From Candidatus Methanomethylicia archaeon (GTDB taxonomy: Archaea > Thermoproteota > Methanomethylicia > CALHIW01): a stretch of 64,000 bases of DNA. A model generated the notes under the pieces. That model had not been told where the DNA came from and ran no database searches. It saw nothing but the letters and a program-made list of their open reading frames with translations. The stretch lies in NCBI GenBank assembly GCA_038845975.1, contig JAWBQF010000005.1, forward strand, positions 39,468-103,467. Direction: 5' to 3'. Shown here piece by piece: positions 39,759 through 48,942 of the stretch. A program made the translations under genes and the position numbers. Positions within the stretch are counted from its first letter, which is position 1. Every line of letters starts with the position of its first letter.

Positions 39759-41462
39759 ATGGATATCCTGATTAAGAATGGTTTCGTATATGATCCCATA
39801 AACAATGTTAATGGTGAAATATTAGATATAGCTATTATGAATGGTAAAATAGTAGATCCTAGTGAAATAGATGTTTCAAAAGCCAAGATTATTGATGCCT
39901 CCGGTAAAACCGTAATGCCTGGTGGTGTTGATATACATTCACATATAGCTGGACCTAAGGTTAATACTGGTAGGCTGATGAGGCCTGAAGACCATTACAT
40001 AAGCTTTATGAAGTTTATTCTTGGAGTTCGAAGATCTGGAACTGGTAAGACAACTCCATCAACAGGTGTTATTGGGTATAAGTATGCGAGAATGGGTTGG
40101 ACAACAGTTATAGAGCCTGCAACTCCTCCTCTTGAAACAAGACATACACATGAGGAGCTTGACGATATACCTATAATCGATAAAGCATGTTTCCCACTAC
40201 TTGATACAAACTGGTTTGTTATGAAGTATGTTTCTGAGAGAGACTATGAGAAATGTGCAGCCTATATTGCATGGATACTTGAAGCTGTGAAGGGATATGC
40301 TATTAAAATAGTTGATCCCGGATGTGCTGAACTTTGGTCTTACGGTAGAGGATACAACATAAATATAGATGATCAAATACCACCATACAATGTTACACCT
40401 AGAGAAATTATAAGAACACTATGTAGAGTAAATAAAATTCTTAATCTACCGCATACAATACATGTTCACTGTAACCGACTTGGAATACCTGGAAATTATG
40501 AAACTACTCTAGAAACAATGAAGTCTGTGGCAGATATTGGTGATGGTGTAAATATACATGTTACACATTGCCAGTTTAATGCTTATGCAGGTGAATCCTG
40601 GCCAACACTAGATTCAGGATCAGAATCTATAGCTAAATATGTTAATAAGCGTGGACATGTAACTCTTGATATTGGGCAGATAATATTTGGAGGTGCAACG
40701 ACAATGACTGCAGACGCCTCTTTCGAGTTTGCATTATATCATATGTATAGAGGTAAATGGTCATCAAAGGATGTAGAGGCTGAATCAGCATCAGGAATTG
40801 TTCCAGTAAAATATAAGAAGAAAAGTTTAGTTAATGCCTTACAATGGTGTATTGGGCTTGAACTTGCATTGCTTATTGAAGATCCATGGAAGGTACTTTT
40901 AACAACAGATCATCCTAACGGTGGTCCATTTACGAGGTATCCGTGGGTTATTTCATGGGTAATGAGTAAGAAAGCTCGAGAAGAAATGTTAAAGAATATA
41001 AATAAGAAAGCATATAGAAGAGCTATTTTACCAAGTATTGAGAGGGAGTACACATTATACGATGTTGTAGTAATGACTAGAGCAGCACCAGCAAAGCTTA
41101 CCGGACTGCATAGTAAGGGACATCTTGGAGTTGGAGCTGACGCTGATGTAGCTATCTATAATATAAACCCACGTGAAGTTAATACTTCAAGAGATTATGA
41201 TAAAATCATTAAAGCTTTTAGGCATGCATACTGTACAATTAAGAACGGTGAGATTGTTGTAATGAACGGTGAAGTAGTAAAGACTATTTATGGGAAAACA
41301 TTTTATGTTAAGACTGAGGGAATTGATGAGCTGAAGAGTAAAGTAAAGGGTGAGATTATGGAGAAGTTTAAGGAGTGGTATAGTGTAGATATAAGAAGTT
41401 ATGAAATAGCTGATGATGAACTTAGAAATCCATATTCAGTAGTGGTGAAAGCATCAAGGTGA
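39759..41462 (+). CDS. fwdA: Formylmethanofuran dehydrogenase subunit A (start at ATG 39759)
   Basis: GGVDIHSHIAG, RHTHEE, HVHCNRLG, TTDHPNGGPF, TRAAPAK. Confidence 0.96.
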   Translation: MDILIKNGFVYDPINNVNGEILDIAIMNGKIVDPSEIDVSKAKIIDASGKTVMPGGVDIHSHIAGPKVNTGRLMRPEDHYISFMKFILGVRRSGTGKTTPSTGVIGYKYARMGWTTVIEPATPPLETRHTHEELDDIPIIDKACFPLLDTNWFVMKYVSERDYEKCAAYIAWILEAVKGYAIKIVDPGCAELWSYGRGYNINIDDQIPPYNVTPREIIRTLCRVNKILNLPHTIHVHCNRLGIPGNYETTLETMKSVADIGDGVNIHVTHCQFNAYAGESWPTLDSGSESIAKYVNKRGHVTLDIGQIIFGGATTMTADASFEFALYHMYRGKWSSKDVEAESASGIVPVKYKKKSLVNALQWCIGLELALLIEDPWKVLLTTDHPNGGPFTRYPWVISWVMSKKAREEMLKNINKKAYRRAILPSIEREYTLYDVVVMTRAAPAKLTGLHSKGHLGVGADADVAIYNINPREVNTSRDYDKIIKAFRHAYCTIKNGEIVVMNGEVVKTIYGKTFYVKTEGIDELKSKVKGEIMEKFKEWYSVDIRSYEIADDELRNPYSVVVKASR

Positions 41463-41467
41463 GCCCT

Positions 41468-42307
41468 ATGGGTGAAGTCATATTAACGCCTAAAGAAGTG
41501 TTTAAGGTGCTTATTGATGCAGAAACAATTTCACCAGATAAATTTGCAGGTAAAACTATAGATCAAATAAGGTCTTTAAGGGTTTATGAAGGAGGTAGAA
41601 GAAGAACTCTTAGTGAATTGTTTAATGTTGAAGGTGATGTTGGAAATTCTCCTCAAGAAGTAAGCATAATTATCAATGGAGATGTAAGTAAGGTATCAAG
41701 AATTGGTGAATTAATGAGTGCAGGTAAAGTATTAATTAATGGGAATGCAGGACATTATTTAGGATTTAGAATGAAAGGTGGAAATATAGAGGTTAAAGGT
41801 AATGTAAGAATGTGGCTTGGAGCTGAAATGGTTGGAGGTCAAATAGAAGTCTATGGATCAGCTCAGGACTATGTTGGGGCCTGTTTGATAGGGAAGCGTG
41901 GTAAGAAGGGGATGAAGGGTGGAACAATAATAATACATGGTAATGCGGGGTCTGAGATAGGTTTTAGTATGAGTGGTGGAACAATAATAGTTGACGGTAA
42001 TGTTGGAGCCTTACCTGGAGTAGGAATGATGGGTGGAACAATACTTATTAAAGGTGGATGTCTCGGAAAGGCTGGTGCAAGAATGACTGGTGGAAGAATA
42101 GTAATATGTGGGGATGCTGGAGATATACTCCCAAGCTTCTACATCGATGAAGTGAGACCAAGTATAAAAATTGCAGGAGTATCCTATCAAGGGCCATTCT
42201 ATACCTTCATAGGTGATGTATTAGCAGATGTTAAATGTTTCGGTAGATTAATGGTTAAAAACATACCTGCATTACAGCAAGCATACATAAATAAGATCCT
42301 CTCTTAA
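41468..42307 (+). CDS. fwdC: Formylmethanofuran dehydrogenase subunit C
   Basis: ISPD, LSELF.V.G, repeated G..M.GG.I...G beta-helix motifs. Confidence 0.93.
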   Translation: MGEVILTPKEVFKVLIDAETISPDKFAGKTIDQIRSLRVYEGGRRRTLSELFNVEGDVGNSPQEVSIIINGDVSKVSRIGELMSAGKVLINGNAGHYLGFRMKGGNIEVKGNVRMWLGAEMVGGQIEVYGSAQDYVGACLIGKRGKKGMKGGTIIIHGNAGSEIGFSMSGGTIIVDGNVGALPGVGMMGGTILIKGGCLGKAGARMTGGRIVICGDAGDILPSFYIDEVRPSIKIAGVSYQGPFYTFIGDVLADVKCFGRLMVKNIPALQQAYINKILS

Positions 42308-42400
42308 CCTATGTAAACGACTTAGACATCTAATATGTTAACATCTTATTAAAGACCGAAATATTAAAATATTCATTTACCTATTCAGTAGGGGGTTGTT

Positions 42401-43351
42401 ATGGTTTCCATTAATAAGGAAGCTTTAAAAGTTGTTGATCAACTTCTAGCAGATCCTGAATACTTCAATGTTAAGGTTGAGAAGCTACCTTGTGGGGCAA
42501 CAGTTATTGATACTGGTGTTGAGATTGCAAGCGGCTATCTTGCAGGTTTAAAGCTTATAGAAATTGCTATGGGTGGTCTTGGTACTGCTAATCTTACATT
42601 CATGGATTACGGCGGACTAATGTTACCAACAGTTGTTGTTACAACTGATTATCCAGCAATATCACTTCTTGGAAGTCAGCTTGCAGGATGGACTGTAAAG
42701 GTAGGTGGGTTCCATGGTTTTGGCTCCGGTCCTGCAAGAGCTCTTGCATTAAAGCCCAAAAAGGTATTTGAAAAGATAGGATATAGAGATCAGTATGATT
42801 CAGCAGTTCTTCTTCTTGAAACCGAGATGAAACCAACAAATGATACTGCATTAGAAATAGGTAAGATGTGCGGTGTAAAGCCTGAAAATGTTTATCTTGT
42901 TCTTACAACATCAAACACTCTTGCAGGTTCCGTTCAGGTATCTGGTAGGGTAGTTGAAACAGGTCTTTATAGACTTGATTTTCTAGGTTTTAATCCATTA
43001 AAAGTTATTTATGCTACAGGTTTTGCACCAGTTATGCCACCGCATCCAGATCCTAATGTATCAGTTTCAAGAGAGGAGGACGCATTAATATATGGTGGTT
43101 CATCACAATATATTGTGGATTTTGAAGATGAAGAGAAGCTTAAAGAATTCTTATTGAAGGCTCCTGCAGTAACATGGCCTGACTACGGCAAAACCTCCTA
43201 TGAAGCACTTAAAGCTGTAGGCTTCGATTGGTCAAAACTTGATCCATCATTTTTTGCAATAGGGTCGGTAACAATAGTTAATAAGAAAACAGGTAAGGTA
43301 ATGACATCTGGAAAGATCTCTCCAGAAATGATTAGGAAATCATTAACTTAA
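42401..43351 (+). CDS. mch: Methenyl-H4MPT cyclohydrolase
   Basis: SINK, MGGLG, LGSQLAGW, GSGPARALA, AGSVQVSGRVVET, DPSFFA. Confidence 0.95.
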   Translation: MVSINKEALKVVDQLLADPEYFNVKVEKLPCGATVIDTGVEIASGYLAGLKLIEIAMGGLGTANLTFMDYGGLMLPTVVVTTDYPAISLLGSQLAGWTVKVGGFHGFGSGPARALALKPKKVFEKIGYRDQYDSAVLLLETEMKPTNDTALEIGKMCGVKPENVYLVLTTSNTLAGSVQVSGRVVETGLYRLDFLGFNPLKVIYATGFAPVMPPHPDPNVSVSREEDALIYGGSSQYIVDFEDEEKLKEFLLKAPAVTWPDYGKTSYEALKAVGFDWSKLDPSFFAIGSVTIVNKKTGKVMTSGKISPEMIRKSLT

Positions 43352-43916
43352 TCCATTTTTATTTTGATATTTTCTATGAATTCTTAGCTTTATCTTTTCA
43401 TTGATCCATGTTTGTTAGCTATGCTATTAATTCCTAGACATTAATACATGTTCAACCATCACACTCATCCTTCATACATGGTATGTAGTTATCGAATAGT
43501 TTAGTTCTATCCTAATATACTGTATGATTCTCTACATTAAATTCTTAACTTCTAAACCATATAATTCATTTTATTATTCAGTATTTTACATGATGCCCTA
43601 TAGTGATGAGTGTTATTAGTAGACTTTAAAGGAGCATCGAAAGCAGTAACTGATGAAATGATGTTGCATTCTCAGTAATTGGATCCCGCAAGACTGATGT
43701 AAATGTATTCACAACATCGCAAACCCATATATAGAATTCTTCTCAACATGGATTAGCAACATAATAATCTTCTTCATAGAGCCTACAATTATAATAATAT
43801 CATCAACCATAACAATCTTAACATCTCTCCTATCAATAGAAGTTTAGATAAACCATAATATAGATTCGCCATAAATAAAAAGAGTGCTCCAAAATAAAGC
43901 TAAAGTTAACAAAGCT
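43343..43916 (-). mobile_element. Degenerate IS6-family copy (inverted relative to 45177-45882)
   Basis: Reverse complement is colinear with 45177-45882 with deletions; end AAAGTTAACAAAGCT; TTAACTTAATC remnant overlaps the mch stop. Confidence 0.75.
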
Positions 43917-44031
43917 AACTGTAAATAGGAAAACTAAATCGTTTTAATAAAATATAGTGATGTTATAGATTTTCTAAAATGTTTATATTTATGCAGTATT
44001 GGTTATAAAATATGATTATGTTTCAGCTGAT

Positions 44032-45093
44032 TTAATGTTCTTTCTTCTTTTTTAATCCAGCTAGTTTTATCACTGCCTCCATTCCTTCATTCGATATTGT
44101 TGTTGCTTCAATAAATCCTGCCTCAACAGCTGCTTTAAACAGTTTTTCGCCGACTTCACTTCTTAATATTACTGTATTCCATCCATCAGGGCTTCCAGCA
44201 CCACCTACAGATATATCTGCATACTCATTTGTTACATTTGTACATGTAGAACATGATGAAAGCGCATATTGCGCTACTTCCTTTAACGGTAATCTAAGTA
44301 ATACTTTACCTTCTGAATATACAAGAAATCTTCCCTTAGTTATATGAAACTTTGAAACTTTACTTAAATCCACTCCTTTACTTGGTAGGTATTCCCTTAA
44401 TATTCTATCATGAAAGCTTTCAAAACAGAATAGTCCAATAGCTACCTTCACCCGTTTACCCCACCAGTAATAGTTCTTTACTTCAAACTGAGACTTTCTC
44501 AACGCTTCAATTCTACATCCCGTCCCTACAAACGCTAGCGATTCCTTACCATAATCTCTTACAGCTTCAGCTAAGCCAAGCATCATTGGTGCTGAAGTAT
44601 ACTTAGTACCTGCAGCTTCAATTAAATCTTTATCACTTACCGCCAGTATAGGAATAGCTTTCCAATACTCCTTAGAGTCTACACCACAAACTACAGCTCC
44701 ATCTATAACTCCGCTTTTAAGTAGATATGAAAGTAGAGCAGTTACAAATCCTCCATCAGTGCCCCTACTTCTAAATTCTTCATTAATAGCTCTAGCAGTA
44801 TATACTCCTCTAACTACTCCTATTAATTCATCAAATTTACGTTTACGTCCAAATAAAATCTCTTCATATTTTTCATATGGGAAATCCACTTTAGGACACT
44901 GATAATAACATATTTCACATGTTACACAGATACCTGTCATTGTCGGTGTTTCCTCCCTCATTGTTAAAGCCATAACTGGGCAAGCAGCAACACAGTTACC
45001 ACATCCACAGCATAAACCTTTCTTAACAATATTTGTAAGAAGAGTTCCGAATACCTTAGGGGGTATAGGCTTAGTTAGTGGTTTAAGAGACAC
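44032..45093 (-). CDS. F420-binding FrhB/FdhB/FpoF-family subunit with N-terminal 2x[4Fe-4S]
   Basis: CCGCGNCVAACP, CVTCEICYYQCP, DGGFVTALL, AAGTKY, IGLFCFESF, ADISVG..GSPDGW. Confidence 0.9.
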   Translation of the reverse strand: MSLKPLTKPIPPKVFGTLLTNIVKKGLCCGCGNCVAACPVMALTMREETPTMTGICVTCEICYYQCPKVDFPYEKYEEILFGRKRKFDELIGVVRGVYTARAINEEFRSRGTDGGFVTALLSYLLKSGVIDGAVVCGVDSKEYWKAIPILAVSDKDLIEAAGTKYTSAPMMLGLAEAVRDYGKESLAFVGTGCRIEALRKSQFEVKNYYWWGKRVKVAIGLFCFESFHDRILREYLPSKGVDLSKVSKFHITKGRFLVYSEGKVLLRLPLKEVAQYALSSCSTCTNVTNEYADISVGGAGSPDGWNTVILRSEVGEKLFKAAVEAGFIEATTISNEGMEAVIKLAGLKKKKEH

Positions 45094-45176
45094 AGAGACA
45101 CCGAACTATATGAGACCAACATTAAATAAGTTTTTCGCTTAAATCTAAGAACTGCATAGCATTTAGCGTTTGGAAC

Positions 45177-45882
45177 GGCTTTGTTAACTTTAGATTTATT
45201 TGGGAGTTCTCTCCCTTGTTTATGGTGTGTTTATGGTTAAATTTGTTAAGTTTGTAGGGAGAGGGTTTCATTTACTTTAGTTGTTATGGTGCTTATATAT
45301 TTCCATTCATCTAGAATGGCTTCAGATATTCTAAGCTTTATCGTTACTAGAAGTATCTATATTATCGTGGTTTATCTTAATCTTCTATTGATTTTGATAG
45401 GGGGATGTTAGAATTTATGGTTGATGATACTATTATTAATGTGGGATCTATGAGGAAGATTGTTTATGTTCGTTTGAGCCATTATTGAGGAGGATTCTAT
45501 ATGTATGGGTTTGTGATGTTGTAAACATACTTACATCACTAACATTCCTTAGAAAATTAGAGCTATCTGCGGTTAATATAGTTGTATTAAGTGATGGTGC
45601 TCAATACTATAAGCATCATGCAGAATATCAAAATTAAAACATTATATAGTTTAGAAGTTAGGAATCTAATGGAGAGAATAATACAGTATGTTAAGGATAG
45701 AGTATTTGATAATTATATACCATGTATGAAGGATAAATGTGATGGTGAACATGTATTAATGCTTATAATCAATAATATACATACTAAGCAAACATGGATT
45801 AATAGGAAAATAAAAGCTAAGAATTCATAGAAGATACAATACCAAAATAGAGATGATAAAACATGATTAAGTTAACAAAGCC
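45177..45882 (+). mobile_element. IS6-family insertion sequence, 706 bp, decayed transposase
   Basis: Perfect 14-bp TIRs GGCTTTGTTAACTT; ORF 45591-45830 RNLMERIIQYVKDR..FDNYIPC..KC..HV resembles archaeal IS6 transposase C-termini; no flanking target duplication seen. Confidence 0.8.
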
Positions 45883-45964
45883 CACTAATTTACTGGTAAA
45901 TTTTAAATAGGCGGTGATGTTATTCTATCATTAGTGGATTTAGTGAAGCCGTCGTTATCTCCAT

Positions 45965-46329
45965 AGATATGGAGATTGGCTTGATGAGGATGAGGATGGC
46001 TTGTCATCTGCTGAGATTTTGTTAAGGGAGGAGAAAATATAGTAAGATATGCTTTTTATCTCAACAAGCTGCTGAGAAAGCTCTTAAGGCATTATCTATG
46101 GTAAAATATGGTAAATATGATGAAATTCATAGTGTATCTGAGCTTTTAGGAAGAATTAACGCTTCAGAAAACCTTATTGAGATGGGTGAGGTTTAGATAG
46201 GTATTATATTCCAACAAGGTATCCAAATGCATGGCCATATGGAGCATCATGTAGACATTATAGAAGAGATGATGCTAAGAAGCCCTTAACTATGCAAAGA
46301 GGATAATTGAATATGCTAAACCATATTGA
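45965..46329 (+). pseudogene. HEPN-domain protein, frameshifted
   Basis: Joining frames gives DWLDE..CFLSQQAAEKALKA..HSVSELL..DRYYIPTRYPNAWP; at least 3 frameshifts. Confidence 0.8.
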
Positions 46330-46703
46330 GAAGAATTGTAAAGAATAATCCATCAATAACTGATCTGGAAAATGATTTAAAAGTACTTGTTAATGAAATT
46401 ATAGAGAAACTTAAGCCAAAAGCTATTATTTTAGCCGGCTCCATTGCAAGAGGTAAGTTTATTCGTGATATGAATGATATTGACATGTTTCTAATAGTTG
46501 AAAAAATTAATTATAGAACGTTATTGAAAGCTGTTAAAGATGTAAATGTAGAAATAACAATGTACACTTACGATGAAGCTTTAGAGTCTATAAAAAGAGG
46601 AAATCAATTTGTAAAAGACGCTATAGAAAATGGAATTTTACTACTTGGTAGGGAGATTTTAGACAGGATTAGGCATAGTAGTGAAATTCATAGTAAGATC
46701 TAA
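46326..46703 (+). CDS. Minimal nucleotidyltransferase (MNT)
   Basis: IILAGSIARG...DIDM motif; directly follows the HEPN relic. Confidence 0.75.
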   Translation: MRRIVKNNPSITDLENDLKVLVNEIIEKLKPKAIILAGSIARGKFIRDMNDIDMFLIVEKINYRTLLKAVKDVNVEITMYTYDEALESIKRGNQFVKDAIENGILLLGREILDRIRHSSEIHSKI

Positions 46704-46949
46704 GAAGTTGATGATAAACTTAAATCCATCTAAACCTCGTATAGCTCTGGAGAAATATATGTAAAACCTAATATAATTTCACTTATTAGAAACATAGGTT
46801 TTACTATTAGTGTCATAACCGTACTTTTACATCTCGTACTCGATTGTTTCTACCTAATAGCTTTTAAAATGAACGTTTATAATTTAGGAAAAGCATAGAG
46901 TTATGAAATCCATAATAGTGATGACTAAGAATCATGATTACTTCTATGT

Positions 46950-47837
46950 TTAAAGCTTCATAGATTCAGATACGTATTTAAAAATCCATGTGAAGTCCAC
47001 GTTTGCTCCATACTTTTCTTCAGCTTTTTTCCAGATATCAAGTAGATGATTGCTTATAATAGGATTCAGCCTCTCTTTAAGTTCCTCTTCATAGAGCTCT
47101 AAATCCTTAACCATTAATCCAAGCTTAAAGCCGTAATCAAAAGTTCCTGGAATTATGCTTTTTGGAAACTTATCCTGAGTTGCACTATTCCTACCGCTAC
47201 TTACATTAAGAATGTCAATCATTGTATTAATATCTATTCCCTCGCTTAACCCTAGTACTATGCTCTCTGAAGTAGCAACTAAAGCCATCGCTGAAAGCAT
47301 ATTGTTAATGAGTTTCATTGCTTGAGCTGATCCCGGTTTCTCACTAACATAGTAGATGTTTTTACCTATAATGCTTAAAATAGGGAGATATTTCAGATAT
47401 ATGTCTTTACTTCCTGAAACCATGATGGTTAAAGTTCCTTTTTTTGCCCCCTCTACTCCACCACTTACAGGAGCATCCAGCATCTCCTTTCCCTTTTCCC
47501 TTAATGCTTTAGAAACCTCTCTAGCTGTTTTTACTCCTGTTGTTGAAAGATCTATGAATGTATCCATTTTCTCACCGTGAATTAACCCATTTACACCTGT
47601 TACCACCTCTTTAACCTCCCTAGGTCCGGGAAGACTAGCTAATACGACATTAGCTAGCTGAGCTACCTCCCTAGGGCTGTTTAAACACATAATACCTTTA
47701 TCATGAAATTCCCTCATAGCCTCCCTTCTAATATCATGAACTACAATCCTAAATCCCGCATCTATAAGTCTCTTTGTCATAGGATTACCCATATTACCTA
47801 AACCAATAAATCCTATTATGATTTTCCCGCTATACAT
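46950..47837 (-). CDS. 3-hydroxyisobutyrate/2-hydroxy-3-oxopropionate dehydrogenase family
   Basis: GFIGLGNMG, DAPVSGG, MKLINN, KDL. Confidence 0.9.
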   Translation of the reverse strand: MYSGKIIIGFIGLGNMGNPMTKRLIDAGFRIVVHDIRREAMREFHDKGIMCLNSPREVAQLANVVLASLPGPREVKEVVTGVNGLIHGEKMDTFIDLSTTGVKTAREVSKALREKGKEMLDAPVSGGVEGAKKGTLTIMVSGSKDIYLKYLPILSIIGKNIYYVSEKPGSAQAMKLINNMLSAMALVATSESIVLGLSEGIDINTMIDILNVSSGRNSATQDKFPKSIIPGTFDYGFKLGLMVKDLELYEEELKERLNPIISNHLLDIWKKAEEKYGANVDFTWIFKYVSESMKL

Positions 47838-48216
47838 GCCATCCCTCCTCCTCCATTTCTCTTATAGCCTCCCGAGCTATTCTAAATCCTTCAACACCTA
47901 CCGGAACACCAGCATAAATCATTGCCTGCAGTAGTGCTTCCTTTATTTCTTCCTTTGAACATCCATTTCTAATAGCTCCTTTAACGTGTATCCTTAGCTC
48001 ATTACTTTTTCCCAGAGCAGCTAGCAATGCAACATTTATGAGACTCTTATATTTCCTTGGAATCGCATTTTTATTCCAAATAAGCCCCCAACAGTATTCC
48101 GTTATTATTTCTTGAAGTTCCCTATCAAAATCCGTAACGCCTCTCAATATATTCTCCACATAGGTATCCCCTAAAACCTCTTTACGGATCTTTAAGCCAT
48201 CCTCATATCTTGTCAT
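47830..48216 (-). CDS. Carboxymuconolactone decarboxylase-family protein
   Basis: GLKIRKEVLG, EYCWG.IW, ELRIHVKGAIRNG, IYAGVP. Confidence 0.88.
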   Translation of the reverse strand: MTRYEDGLKIRKEVLGDTYVENILRGVTDFDRELQEIITEYCWGLIWNKNAIPRKYKSLINVALLAALGKSNELRIHVKGAIRNGCSKEEIKEALLQAMIYAGVPVGVEGFRIAREAIREMEEEGWHV

Positions 48217-48269
48217 AAACTCTCCATAACTACTAAAAATTAATACTTAAAAACTTAACTAAACTAAAT

Positions 48270-48331
48270 GGCTTTGTTAACTTAAGCATGTTTTATCATC
48301 TCTATTTTGGTATTGTATCTTCTATGAATTC
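48270..48331 (-). mobile_element. Solo IS6 right end
   Basis: Near-identical reverse complement of 45821-45882. Confidence 0.85.
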
Positions 48332-48335
48332 ATAA

Positions 48336-48729
48336 CTAACCAGTTCCGCGTCAGATGGGTCTATGTTTAGATGAGTCAAAAATTTGCTCCTGCATATAAG
48401 AGCCACCCTTCCTTAAAAGTTCTATAAGGTCCTTGTCAAACCGCCTCACACCCTCAAAGGCTTCTTGGAGGAAGGACTGAGCCCTGTAACGCTTAAGCTC
48501 ATTATCCAAATTCTCAGCAAGCCTCTTCAGAAGCCTGTTCTCCTCACGGAGCTTCTTCAACTCCTCCTCGGCGTTGCATAAATGCTTAACAAGTTCAGCA
48601 CGGCTTAAGTAGCCTTCTTCGTCCTCCTCACGTCGGATTAGAATCCTCAACCATCTCCGAACTAGGCAAATACGCATAAACGTCGCGATCCTTAATCGTA
48701 CGCGTCTTACCCCTGTCAGGCCTCGTCAA
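48336..48729 (-). pseudogene. GC-richer foreign gene relic (coiled-coil protein), frameshifted
   Basis: Joined frames read PDRGKTRTIKDRDVYAYLPSSEMVEDS / IRREEDEEGYLSR...EQI / LTHLNIDPSDAELV, then cut by the IS end; composition differs from the flanks. Confidence 0.6.
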
Positions 48730-48783
48730 ACAACTAGAAAGAATAAAGCAAAATCAAGTATTTATAATTTGCTAGTAAATTAA

Positions 48784-48879
48784 TGCGGGGGGTGGGATTT
48801 GAACCCACGAAGACCTACGTCAGCGGGTCCTGAACCCGCCGCCTTTGGTCATTAATTGACCTGGCTTGGCGACCCCCGC
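48784..48879 (-). tRNA. tRNA-Leu(CAG) with 11-nt D-loop intron (48845-48855)
   Basis: GCGGGGG acceptor stem, GCGGG-TTCAGGA-CCCGC anticodon arm, long variable arm, GTGGGTTCAAATCCCAC T-arm; no encoded CCA. Confidence 0.95.
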
Positions 48880-48942
48880 AGCATGTATTTAATTCTTATA
48901 GAATATTTAAATTTAAAGATTTATTAAGTATGCTTTAGAATT

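Noticed and set aside
45591-45830. Independent small protein gene
   Set aside because: It is a residual transposase fragment within the IS6 element
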